A DNA stretch of 64,000 bases from Candidatus Nomurabacteria bacterium (GTDB lineage: Bacteria; Patescibacteriota; Minisyncoccia; Phycocordibacterales; JACOZG01), in contig JADLCI010000007.1 of the NCBI GenBank assembly GCA_020847275.1, forward strand, positions 108,272 to 172,271, read 5' to 3'. Shown here in pieces: positions 10,139-20,642 of this stretch (position 1 is the stretch's first letter; every line of letters starts with the position of its first letter). The notes below the pieces were generated by a model. That model was not told the DNA's origin and ran no database searches. It worked only from the letters and a program-made list of their open reading frames with translations. The position numbers were made by a program, and so were the translations under genes.

Positions 10139-10660
10139 ATGGTGATGATTAAAAAAGGTTTTACAATTTTGGAAATTCTCATAGTTATAGCCATTGTTGG
10201 TACTTTGTCTGGGATTATACTCGTCTTTGTTTCTAGTGCTCGTACCAGTGCTGCCGATTCAACGATCAAATCTAGCTTGGGTAGCTTACGTAAGGAGGCG
10301 AGTATTTATTTCAATGACAGTTCTTTGGGTAACGGTCGTTACAACACAACGACGTTTTTGAAAAATAGCGTATGCCTGATTCCTGGTAATTCTTTCTGGG
10401 ATGGTACATTTATTGCGAACGGTTCTCAGGGTGAAAAGTTGATAACCCAAGCTTTGAATGGTAGGGCGGCATCTTTGTCGAGATGTCTTATGGATTCTGC
10501 TGGTACTGGCTGGGCTGCCGCGGTAACTAGCGCGTCTAGTAACGGCCAGTATTTTTGTGCCGACCATTACGGCACCAATAAGATTACACAGACTGGTTTG
10601 TCACTGCTCACACTTCTTCAGGCGGCTTCGGGGAATGGAGGTATTCCCATTTGTCCGTAG
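10139..10660 (+). CDS. Type IV pilin paralog 2
   Basis: KKG|FTILEILIVIAIVG; C-terminal WAAAV...YFCADH. Confidence 0.88.
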   Translation: MVMIKKGFTILEILIVIAIVGTLSGIILVFVSSARTSAADSTIKSSLGSLRKEASIYFNDSSLGNGRYNTTTFLKNSVCLIPGNSFWDGTFIANGSQGEKLITQALNGRAASLSRCLMDSAGTGWAAAVTSASSNGQYFCADHYGTNKITQTGLSLLTLLQAASGNGGIPICP

Positions 10661-10708
10661 TTCTGGGGCTGGTTTTTGTCCGGGGTGCTATTATCTACAC
10701 ACAGTCTT

Positions 10709-11299
10709 ATGTCAGGAAAAGCAGGCTTCACTCTGATTGAAATCCTAATTGTCATTGCGATAATTGGTCTCTTGTCTGGAATTGTCGTGGTGTTCTTGTC
10801 GGGTGCTAGGGGTAGAGGATATGACGTGGCTATTAAATCTAGTTTGAAGGAGATTAGAAATCTGGCAGAAATCTATTATTCGGAGAATGGACAGTATGTC
10901 AGTATTCCCTGTGGTGTTTCTGGTATAACACCTGGTATCGCTGGGGCCCTAAGAAGTTGCATTCTTTCTACGGTCAGTACTTATTGTCGACATAGTTCCG
11001 TGACACCATTTAGCGTTTTCAAGGACGTTAATGTGCTTGCCCGCGCCAGAGAAGCTTGTAATGCAAGCGGAGGGTCAAATTGTGATACTTCTGGTGGGTC
11101 AACTGATAATACCTTTTGTAAGGCCAGTAATAATGACTGGGCTGTAGCGGTTAAATTGCGTTCGGATTCCAGTCAGTGGTGGTGTGTCGACAGTAGTGGT
11201 GCGAACATCCAAACATCTGGGAGCAATGCTGATAATGGTGGCTCTGGCTCACTAACTCCAATAAATAGGATCAATAGTGGGCCCGCCACCTGTCAGTAG
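10709..11299 (+). CDS. Type IV pilin paralog 3 (Cys-rich)
   Basis: KAG|FTLIEILIVIAIIG; WAVAVKL...WWCVDS; start moved to ATG 10709. Confidence 0.88.
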   Translation: MSGKAGFTLIEILIVIAIIGLLSGIVVVFLSGARGRGYDVAIKSSLKEIRNLAEIYYSENGQYVSIPCGVSGITPGIAGALRSCILSTVSTYCRHSSVTPFSVFKDVNVLARAREACNASGGSNCDTSGGSTDNTFCKASNNDWAVAVKLRSDSSQWWCVDSSGANIQTSGSNADNGGSGSLTPINRINSGPATCQ

Positions 11300-11326
11300 A
11301 GTTTTCTTTTGTGTTATAATAATCCC

Positions 11327-12103
11327 GTGGCGAGCTTTCCTCATCTAACAGTTTTTGTTCTAGGGTTGATCGTTGGCAGTTTTCTTAATGTTGTAATTTA
11401 TCGTTACAATACCGGAAGGAGTGTGGCTCGTGGTCGTTCGCGATGTCTGGCCTGCTCGCGCAATCTGCACTGGTTTGAACTGGTGCCAGTGGCGAGCTTC
11501 ATTGCCCTGCGGGGGCGTTGTCGGCGGTGTTTGAGCGGTATCTCGTGGCAATATCCGCTGGTCGAGCTGGTTACCGGCTTACTCTTTCTTCTCGCCAGTT
11601 GGCAATTCGGCATCAACCCCGCTTCTTGGCCTCTGCTTGCGGTTTATCTTGTTATCCTCTCGCTCTTGGTGGTGATTACGGTCTATGACTTTCGCCACAA
11701 GATTATTCCGGACGGTCTCGTTTACGCCTTCATCATTTTCTCTATTTTACCTGTTCTTTTCACGCGGGAGGGTGTAATAATTTTTAATCATCTTCTTGCC
11801 GGCCTCGCTCTCTTTGCCTTCTTCTTCTTACTCTGGGCGGTTTCTCGTGGTCGGTGGATGGGCTTTGGCGACGCCAAACTGGCTCTTGGGGTGGGCTTCT
11901 TGCTTGGCTTAACTGGTGGTGTTTCGGCCATTGTGTTTGCTTTCTGGTTTGGAGCCTTGGTCAGCGTCTGCGTTCTCATCTACGGACAATTGTCTGGTCG
12001 GGCGAAGTTTGGTTTGAAGAGCGAGGTGCCCTTTGCCCCCTTTATCGTTCTCGGATTATTCCTGAATCTTTTCTTTCATCTCAATGTCATTGCCCTTTTT
12101 TAA
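11327..12103 (+). CDS. pilD: Prepilin peptidase
   Basis: GSFLNVVIYR, RSRCLAC, CRRC, YPLVEL, YDFRHKIIPD, MGFGDAKL, PFAPF; GTG start just after TGtTATAAT. Confidence 0.95.
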   Translation: MASFPHLTVFVLGLIVGSFLNVVIYRYNTGRSVARGRSRCLACSRNLHWFELVPVASFIALRGRCRRCLSGISWQYPLVELVTGLLFLLASWQFGINPASWPLLAVYLVILSLLVVITVYDFRHKIIPDGLVYAFIIFSILPVLFTREGVIIFNHLLAGLALFAFFFLLWAVSRGRWMGFGDAKLALGVGFLLGLTGGVSAIVFAFWFGALVSVCVLIYGQLSGRAKFGLKSEVPFAPFIVLGLFLNLFFHLNVIALF

Positions 12104-12755
12104 AAACAAGAATTTACAGAGCGGCTTCACGCTTGTGGAGATGGTTACGGTCGTGGCGATTATTGTCATCATGACGATTGTCGTTCTCGCCAATTTTCCG
12201 GAATTTCGAGACCGTTCTTCTCTCGAGTTGGTGGCGCAAGAGGTGGCGTTGGTTGTTCGGCAGGCGCAGGCCTTTGGCACCAATACGAGGGCCGCTTCTT
12301 TCTCCACGCTGGAGTTTCCTTCCTACGGCCTTTATTTCAATGTGAATGCGCCACCCGGTGCCGTATTCCAGTCCAATGATTCATTCCGGTTATTTGCCGA
12401 CGACCCTAGCCAGACTGGCTCTATTGGCCGCTACAGTGATGGAGAGGTTCCTTGTACTCCGGGCACCACCGAGTGTCGGGAGGTGTATCGTCTTCCAACT
12501 GGAATAACTTTCACAAAACTGGAAACATGTCAGAGTTCTGGCCCTTGTAGCAATATTACGGCGACCAATGCTCTAAATATTGTTTTCGCCCGCCCCAATC
12601 CAGAGGCGGCCTTCGTCAGCGAATCGGGTTCGAATCTCTGCGGTGGTTCTTGCAGTTATGCTAAAATTACTTTGAGTTCCGTTCGAGCTGGTACGACACA
12701 GTGCGTCTACATTTGGGCCACTGGCCATATTTATACCAAACCATCATGTCCATAA
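12084..12755 (+). CDS. Minor pilin (FimT/GspH-like)
   Basis: SG|FTLVEMVTVVAII; in minor-pilin cluster. Confidence 0.8.
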   Translation: MSLPFFKNKNLQSGFTLVEMVTVVAIIVIMTIVVLANFPEFRDRSSLELVAQEVALVVRQAQAFGTNTRAASFSTLEFPSYGLYFNVNAPPGAVFQSNDSFRLFADDPSQTGSIGRYSDGEVPCTPGTTECREVYRLPTGITFTKLETCQSSGPCSNITATNALNIVFARPNPEAAFVSESGSNLCGGSCSYAKITLSSVRAGTTQCVYIWATGHIYTKPSCP

Positions 12756-13309
12756 AAAAATCTGGCTTCACTCTGGTCGAGATAATGGTTGCCGTTTCCA
12801 TTTTTACCGTTGTGGCGGTGATTGCGACTGGCGCGGTGATAACCGCCAATAATATAAACAAGAGGTCCCAGGCAATTAAGCTGGTGGTGGATAACCTCAA
12901 CTTCGCTCTCGATAGTCTGACGCTCAAGTTGAAGCAGGGCGGGGGTTACTACTGCGATAGTGATGCCACCAATGTCTATCCGGTTGGAGCTGATTCCCGT
13001 AATTGTTCTGGGGAGTCAAGGCTTGCCTTTAGGGTTGAAGATGGTGCCGGTAGCTACGACTATTACATCTATCTTTTCTCTGGAAATAAACTTCAATTTT
13101 CGAAGGGTGTTGGATCAAGCGCGTCAATGTCGCCGCTTGTCCCGATTACGGCCGATGACGTGAACATTAATTCCGGTCGATTTTATGTTTTTGACAACGG
13201 CTTACCCGATAAACAACCCCGCGCGCTAATTAGTGTTTATGGTACTGCCACAGCGGGGAAGCAATCCAGTAGTTTCGCCGTTGAGACAACCGTTTCAGAT
13301 CGACGTTAG
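12746..13309 (+). CDS. Minor pilin (PilW/GspJ-like)
   Basis: SG|FTLVEIMVAVSIF; start moved to ATG 12746. Confidence 0.8.
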   Translation: MSIKKSGFTLVEIMVAVSIFTVVAVIATGAVITANNINKRSQAIKLVVDNLNFALDSLTLKLKQGGGYYCDSDATNVYPVGADSRNCSGESRLAFRVEDGAGSYDYYIYLFSGNKLQFSKGVGSSASMSPLVPITADDVNINSGRFYVFDNGLPDKQPRALISVYGTATAGKQSSSFAVETTVSDRR

Positions 13310-13312
13310 AAT

Positions 13313-13891
13313 ATGAAAAAAATAAAGAAAAATTTGTCCACCGGTCTCACTTTGATTGAAACATTAGTTGCCATCACTATTCTTGTCGTTGGGGTGTTGG
13401 GTCCGCTAAATATTGCCTCCCGCGGAATCGGTGACGGTATCTTCGCGGCCAACCAATTAGCGGCGAACTATCTTGCCCAAGAAGCATTGGAAGTGATAAT
13501 CAACAAGCGCTATGCCACTATTCGTAAGGCGCAATACACCACGATTCCCGACTGGACTATTGATGCTGGTTTAAGCACTTGTATGTCATCTGGTAACCAC
13601 TGCGGTGTTAATTCTCTTACCGCTGCTCTTACGGCGGATTGTGGTAGTCTCACGGGGCCATCGAATAATTCCTGTGCACTGGTTTTCAATATCACTAATG
13701 GGATATATCAATCGCCCACAACTTTGCCGGTTGAGAATCGTGGCACCGTATTCAATCGCTCGGTGAAGATTTCGGCAGTTGACGCGGCGAGCCCCCCCAA
13801 CGAAATCAAGGTTACGGTGACGGTAAAATGGAACAATAAGAATGTTCCTAGAACGCTAACGATTGTCGAACACCTATTCAGTAAAGGATAA
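13313..13891 (+). CDS. Minor pilin (PilV/GspI-like)
   Basis: TG|LTLIETLVAITIL; AxYLAQEALE; IKVTVTVKW. Confidence 0.8.
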   Translation: MKKIKKNLSTGLTLIETLVAITILVVGVLGPLNIASRGIGDGIFAANQLAANYLAQEALEVIINKRYATIRKAQYTTIPDWTIDAGLSTCMSSGNHCGVNSLTAALTADCGSLTGPSNNSCALVFNITNGIYQSPTTLPVENRGTVFNRSVKISAVDAASPPNEIKVTVTVKWNNKNVPRTLTIVEHLFSKG

Positions 13892-13892
13892 T

Positions 13893-14429
13893 ATGGCAAA
13901 TAATTATCAAAAAAAACAAGGCGTGGTTATTCTATTCGCGATTCTACTCGTCTCAATTGTTTTAACGGTTGGTTTAACATTACTCAACATTACCTTACGA
14001 CAATTAATTTTGTCATCACTGGCGCGCGAATCGCAATTTGCTTTTTATGCGGCCGATAGCGCTCGAAATTGTGCCAGGTATTACGACAGTATTGATCCCG
14101 CCGACCAGAGGCCGTTTGGCTACTTTACTACCAGTGGCGGATTACTCTATGTTCCGCCGACGTCTACTTCTCTAACTTGCGGTGCTTCGTCCACAATGCT
14201 ACCAGCTGTTGATGGGTCAGACACCGTTACCTTCAAGTTCGTGGTTGCCTTCAATGATGGGGCTAGCCCGGCAAAAGAGAGTTGCGCGAATGTGACAGTT
14301 GTTAAGTTTAAGGCTACTGGAAAAACTGATATTAAATCTCGTGGTTACAATAGTTATGGGTCCAACAATTTCGACTGTTACCAGCCGGGGGATCGCACCG
14401 TGGAACGAGCTTCCTCTATGGTATACTAG
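13893..14429 (+). CDS. Minor pilin (PilX/GspK-like, lacks Glu5)
   Basis: QG|VVILFAILL; ESQFAFYAADSA motif; start moved to ATG 13893. Confidence 0.78.
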   Translation: MANNYQKKQGVVILFAILLVSIVLTVGLTLLNITLRQLILSSLARESQFAFYAADSARNCARYYDSIDPADQRPFGYFTTSGGLLYVPPTSTSLTCGASSTMLPAVDGSDTVTFKFVVAFNDGASPAKESCANVTVVKFKATGKTDIKSRGYNSYGSNNFDCYQPGDRTVERASSMVY

Positions 14430-16403
<1,974 letters not shown>

Positions 16404-16407
16404 AAAA

Positions 16408-16433
16408 ACAGCAGGGGAATCAACCCCTGCTGT
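16408..16433 (-). terminator. Intrinsic (probably bidirectional) terminator
   Basis: ACAGCAGGGG-AATCAA-CCCCTGCTGT; A-run on the left gives a U-tract on the minus strand. Confidence 0.8.
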
Positions 16434-16444
16434 CCGTGGTGGTT

Positions 16445-16621
16445 TTATCGGCTGAGAAAGACTGTTAAACAGCAGATGACCGAGACCACGAGTCCAATTG
16501 TGCCCGCCAAGCTCGATTTGGCGTTATTCCTGCCGAAAGAAAGTGCGGTGTCAAGGCAGAAAACCAGAAACCCCAAAAGACAGACGACAAACAAAAATGT
16601 CTCGGCTCCTTCCGTTATCAT
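16445..16621 (-). CDS. Small 58-aa two-TM membrane protein (below ORF-track cutoff)
   Basis: MITEGAETFLFVVCLLGFLVFCLDTALSFGRNNAKSSLAGTIGLVVSVICCLTVFLSR; GGAGGA SD upstream; terminator downstream. Confidence 0.65.
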   Translation of the reverse strand: MITEGAETFLFVVCLLGFLVFCLDTALSFGRNNAKSSLAGTIGLVVSVICCLTVFLSR

Positions 16622-16736
16622 CCGTTAATCCTCCAAAGTGGAAAGTCCAATTGTCACAAGCCGTTTATATATTTATCAAATTTATTGACAAAAGTCAAAT
16701 ACGAGAATTATCCTGACTTTGTGTTAAAATGAAATA

Positions 16737-16979
16737 GTGATTACCAATGACGAGGTAAGGAATCTGGCAAACCTGGCGCGGATCGGGCTAACCCCAGAGG
16801 AAGAAACAAAACTGACCAGCGAGCTGGGTCAGATTCTTAATTATGTGGGAGAATTAGGTGCCGCCGTGGGTGAGACGGTGAACGACCTAGGCGAGAATAA
16901 GAATAATTTACGAGAGGATGGTGAACCATTGCCGGCCCTAGAGAAAGGGGAGTTTGTGAAAGTGAAGAAAATTTTATGA
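16737..16979 (+). CDS. gatC: Asp/Glu-tRNA amidotransferase subunit C
   Basis: EVRNLANLARI, ILNYV, LRED, VKKIL; overlaps gatA start. Confidence 0.9.
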   Translation: MITNDEVRNLANLARIGLTPEEETKLTSELGQILNYVGELGAAVGETVNDLGENKNNLREDGEPLPALEKGEFVKVKKIL

Positions 16980-18277
16980 GTTATCCGGAAATAGACAATG
17001 CGCAGCTGAACGCTTTCTTGGAAGTTTTTGCTGATGTCGCGGAGCAGAAGAGAGTTCAATCTGGAGAGACGGGTCCACTTGCCGGCTTGAAGATTGCGGT
17101 GAAGGATAACATTTTAATCAAGGGAAGGATTAGCTCATCGGGGTCCAAGATTTTGAGTAATTATATAGCAAGCTATGACGCGACGGTAATCAAGAAGTTG
17201 CGTGAAGCGGGGGCAGTCTTTGTTGGCCGTACTAATATGGATGAATTTGCAATGGGAGCATCAACGGAGAACTCGGCGTACGGGGTTACGAAAAATCCGC
17301 ATGATTTGAGTCGCGTGGCGGGTGGATCATCTGGTGGGTCAGCCGCGGTCGTTGCCGCCGGTCTGGCTGATGCGGCTCTTGGTTCTGATACCGGTGGTTC
17401 TATTCGCCAGCCAGCCAGTTTCTGTGGAGTAGTTGGGTTGAAACCAACCTATGGTCGCGTATCGCGCTTTGGTCTTACTGCCCTCGCCTCTTCTCTAGAT
17501 CAAATTGGTCCAATTGCTAAAACCGTGAACATGGTGGAGAAAATTTATCAGGTGATTGCTGGCTATGACGAGAATGATGCCACGAGTGTGGACGCTAAAT
17601 TTTTTGAAACAAAAAAAGATGAGAAGCTAAAGATTGGTGTACCTAGACACCTGCTCGCGTCTGGGGTTGATCCGGAAGTTCTTCAAAATTTTGAGGATAC
17701 GTTGAAAAAATTAGCTCGTTTGGGTCACGAAGTGATTGATATTGAATTGCCCGCCGTGAAATATGCCATTGCTTGTTATTACATCATTATGCCAGCGGAG
17801 GCATCCACCAACCTCTCGCGCTTTGATGGCTTGCGTTATGGCCTGAAGAAAGAGGGAGAGAATCTGCTTGATGATTATTTGCAAACACGAGGAACAGGGT
17901 TCGGCTCGGAGACGCGACGGAGAATAATTCTGGGTACCTATGTTTTATCCTCTGGCTACTATGACGCTTATTATGGTCAGGCGACACGGGTGCGTGGTTT
18001 CATCAAGCAAGATTTCGTCCGAGCCTTCCAGCGGGTGGACGCGATCGCTCTTCCAACCGCACCCACCACCGCTTTCAAAATTGGCGAGAAGGCGAATGAC
18101 CCACTGCAAATGTATCTGGCCGATGTTTTCACCTCTCCCGCCAATTTAGCCGGTTTACCCGCAATTTCTATTCCCTCCGGTAAGGATAGCAACAATTTGC
18201 CGATCGGTTTCCAGCTCATCGCTCCACCGTGGCGTGAAGACAGGTTGTTTGCCCTCGGCCTTCAAATTGAATCATGA
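16976..18277 (+). CDS. gatA: Asp/Glu-tRNA amidotransferase subunit A
   Basis: IAVKDNI, GGSSGGSAA, GSDTGGSIRQPA, RRIILGTYVLSSGYYDAYY. Confidence 0.96.
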   Translation: MSYPEIDNAQLNAFLEVFADVAEQKRVQSGETGPLAGLKIAVKDNILIKGRISSSGSKILSNYIASYDATVIKKLREAGAVFVGRTNMDEFAMGASTENSAYGVTKNPHDLSRVAGGSSGGSAAVVAAGLADAALGSDTGGSIRQPASFCGVVGLKPTYGRVSRFGLTALASSLDQIGPIAKTVNMVEKIYQVIAGYDENDATSVDAKFFETKKDEKLKIGVPRHLLASGVDPEVLQNFEDTLKKLARLGHEVIDIELPAVKYAIACYYIIMPAEASTNLSRFDGLRYGLKKEGENLLDDYLQTRGTGFGSETRRRIILGTYVLSSGYYDAYYGQATRVRGFIKQDFVRAFQRVDAIALPTAPTTAFKIGEKANDPLQMYLADVFTSPANLAGLPAISIPSGKDSNNLPIGFQLIAPPWREDRLFALGLQIES

Positions 18278-18816
18278 TTATCAAATATTTTAATCTACAA
18301 TATTTCTACAATCTAATATATCGGCTAATCACCAGTCCGTGGTATTTAGAAGTGCCTGTCTGGTTTCCGCTCGTTTGGCTTCTTGTCATCATTGCCCTGT
18401 GGATTGCCATTGTCGCGATTGCCCTAAAAATATATCGACAACGCAAAGAAGAGTCGGCTGATCTAGAGTTTCTCTTGAAAAATAAGTCAGCCGAGCCGGT
18501 GGAGAAGAATGACCGGTGGGAGAAGGTTCTGAAATATTTGGAATCAGAAAATCCAGCAGAATGGAAATTGGCGATTATCGAAGCGGATACAATGCTTGAC
18601 GATTTAGTTAAGTCGCTTAAGCCGGTGGGGGAGAATCTGGGTGAAAGATTGAAAAGTATTGAACCGAGCGACTTCCTGACCATTCAAGAAGCGTGGGACG
18701 CACATAAGGTTCGTAATCGTATTGCTCATGAATCCGATTTTCAACTCTCTCGTCACGAGACCTCACGGGTGATCGGTTTATTCCGCCAAGTGTTTGAGGA
18801 GTTCAAATATATCTAG
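18274..18816 (+). CDS. Membrane-anchored protein with HEPN-like Rx4H motif
   Basis: TM about aa 30-54; LAIIEAD, GERLK, AHKVRNRIAHE. Confidence 0.65.
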   Translation: MIIKYFNLQYFYNLIYRLITSPWYLEVPVWFPLVWLLVIIALWIAIVAIALKIYRQRKEESADLEFLLKNKSAEPVEKNDRWEKVLKYLESENPAEWKLAIIEADTMLDDLVKSLKPVGENLGERLKSIEPSDFLTIQEAWDAHKVRNRIAHESDFQLSRHETSRVIGLFRQVFEEFKYI

Positions 18817-18861
18817 TTCACCTAGCCTTTTTCATTCAATGTGCTAGAATGTAGTCCACTC

Positions 18862-18935
18862 TGCGGGGTAGAGTAACAGTAATTCGCGAGGCTCATAACC
18901 TTGAGATCTTGGTGCAAATCCAGGCCCCGCAACCA
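18862..18935 (+). tRNA. tRNA-Met(CAT), probable initiator (atypical)
   Basis: TGCGGGG/CCCCGCA acceptor stem, A11-U24, anticodon loop CTCATAA, encoded CCA. Confidence 0.88.
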
Positions 18936-18948
18936 GCCAGAAAATTAA

Positions 18949-19022
18949 GTCGGCGTAGCTCAGTTGGTTAGAGCGTGGGACTCATAAGCCCAAGGTCGCT
19001 GGTTCGATTCCAGCCGCCGACA
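18949..19022 (+). tRNA. tRNA-CAT (elongator Met; Ile2 not excluded)
   Basis: GTCGGCG/CGCCGAC acceptor, TAGCTCAGTTGGTTAGAGC D arm, CTCATAA loop, TTCGATT T loop; no encoded CCA. Confidence 0.88.
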
Positions 19023-19053
19023 CCGTTTTTTAATAGAATTTGAAAAACGAAAC

Positions 19054-19130
19054 GCGGCCGTAGCTCAACTGGTTAGAGCACTCGCCTGTCACGCGAGAGG
19101 TTGCCGGTTCAAGTCCGGTCGGCCGCGCCA
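19054..19130 (+). tRNA. tRNA-Asp(GTC)
   Basis: GCGGCCG/CGGCCGC, CTCGC-CTGTCAC-GCGAG, TTCAAGT, CCA. Confidence 0.95.
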
Positions 19131-19158
19131 ACGATATCTAGACCAACATACTTTTGAT

Positions 19159-19554
19159 ATGGATATTACTAATGAGTTCTCGTTTGTGCTAAAGCCATCG
19201 CAACATGGTATTGGAGTTTTTGCTGTTCATAAAATCTTGAAAGATACTCATCTTCGTCTTTTTGGAGATAATGAGACATTGGATTTGCGTTCCATTGCTC
19301 GTCCAAAAGAAAATGTTCCAAACCCATTTCACTCTTATTGTATGGAAAGAAAAGGTGCATTGATTTGTCCAGAAGATTTTGGGCGGATGCATGTTGGTTG
19401 GTATCTGAATCATTCAAAAAACCCGAATACCCGTCGGGACGAAGATTTTAAATGGTATTCTTCAAGAGATATTGAAGCTGGAGAAGAAGTATTGATTGAC
19501 TACAATTCTCTTGAAGAGCCAGATGAAGCAAAGGAGGATTATTACAAATCCTAA
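19159..19554 (+). CDS. SET-domain protein (putative lysine methyltransferase)
   Basis: SQHGIGVFA, YLNHSKNPN, RDIEAGEEVLIDY. Confidence 0.9.
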   Translation: MDITNEFSFVLKPSQHGIGVFAVHKILKDTHLRLFGDNETLDLRSIARPKENVPNPFHSYCMERKGALICPEDFGRMHVGWYLNHSKNPNTRRDEDFKWYSSRDIEAGEEVLIDYNSLEEPDEAKEDYYKS

Positions 19555-19593
19555 GATGGCTTTTTCTCGCTTTTTATAGTAAATTTGTGGGGC

Positions 19594-19668
19594 GCCAGAG
19601 TAGTTCAGTGGTAGAACGCCATCTTGGTAAGATGGAGGTCGAGAGTCCGATTCTCTCCTCTGGCTCCA
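19594..19668 (+). tRNA. tRNA-Thr(GGT)
   Basis: GCCAGAG/CTCTGGC, CCATC-TTGGTAA-GATGG, CCA. Confidence 0.93.
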
Positions 19669-19680
19669 GTTTTTTGAAAA

Positions 19681-19756
19681 GCCACCTTAGCTCAGCTGGT
19701 AGAGCACCACTTTCGTAAAGTGGGGGTCCCCGGTTCAATCCCGGGAGGTGGCTCCA
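19681..19756 (+). tRNA. tRNA-Thr(CGT)
   Basis: GCCACCT/AGGTGGC, CCACT-TTCGTAA-AGTGG, TTCAATC, CCA. Confidence 0.95.
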
Positions 19757-19767
19757 GAGTCAGAATT

Positions 19768-20631
19768 ATGAATAAACAAGAAATTAGTCAGAAAATAGAA
19801 GAGTTGGAGAGCGAAATGCAGAAAGCCGGTTTCTGGTCCGACAAGATTAGGGCGCAAGAAGTGATTAAGATGGTGGCGGAGATGAAGCAGGATTTATTGG
19901 GGGGAGAGAAGTATGATTCGGGTAATGCGGTGATTACCATTTTCTCCGGAGCAGGCGGAGATGATGCTGAAGATTTCTCGGCCATGCTATTACGGATGTA
20001 TCAACGTTTCGCTGAGAAGCGCGGTTTCGGTATGAGTCTCATTCATGAGAACCAGAATGACCACGGCGGCTATCGGAATATCACTTTCTTGATGCAAGGA
20101 AAAGGGGCTTATGGTATATTGAAGAATGAGTCTGGTGTTCACCGACTCGTTCGTGTCTCACCATTCAACGCCAAGCAGGCGCGGCACACCTCTTTCTCGC
20201 TGGTGGAAGTAATTCCCGAGATGAAGAAGAGTGAACTGGTGAAAATTTTACCCGATGATTTGAAAATAGAATTCTCTCGTTCAAGCGGTCCGGGCGGACA
20301 GAATGTGAATAAGCGAGAGACGGCGGTTCGGATTGTTCATCTGCCCACAGGACTCTCGGCTCACTCTGGGGCGGAGCGTTCTCAGGAACGTAATCGGGAA
20401 AGGGCGCTTCAGATTCTCTCTGGTAAACTTTATCGTCGTCAGGAAGAAGAGCGCGAGGCGAAGGAGAAGGGGATGTATATCTCCAAGACGACAGAAATTG
20501 AATGGGGGAATCAGATTCGGTCTTACGTTCTACATCCATACAAGATGGTTAAGGATCATCGTAGCGGGGTAGAAACCAATCAAGTTGATAAAGTTTTGGA
20601 CGGTGAGATTGATTTGTTTTTGTCTCAATAA
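19768..20631 (+). CDS. prfB: Peptide chain release factor 2 (shortened domain 1, no frameshift)
   Basis: ESGVHRLVRVSPF (RF2 SPF), GPGGQNVNK, WGNQIRSYVLHPY; start ATG 19768 just after the tRNA. Confidence 0.93.
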   Translation: MNKQEISQKIEELESEMQKAGFWSDKIRAQEVIKMVAEMKQDLLGGEKYDSGNAVITIFSGAGGDDAEDFSAMLLRMYQRFAEKRGFGMSLIHENQNDHGGYRNITFLMQGKGAYGILKNESGVHRLVRVSPFNAKQARHTSFSLVEVIPEMKKSELVKILPDDLKIEFSRSSGPGGQNVNKRETAVRIVHLPTGLSAHSGAERSQERNRERALQILSGKLYRRQEEEREAKEKGMYISKTTEIEWGNQIRSYVLHPYKMVKDHRSGVETNQVDKVLDGEIDLFLSQ

Positions 20632-20642
20632 AAAATTTCCTA

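Noticed and set aside
16737-18277. Missing gatB as a pathway loss
   Set aside because: gatB may be elsewhere in the genome; cannot be judged from this window
19720-19767. GTG start or frameshift leader for prfB
   Set aside because: Lies within tRNA-Thr(CGT); no CTT-TGA shift site
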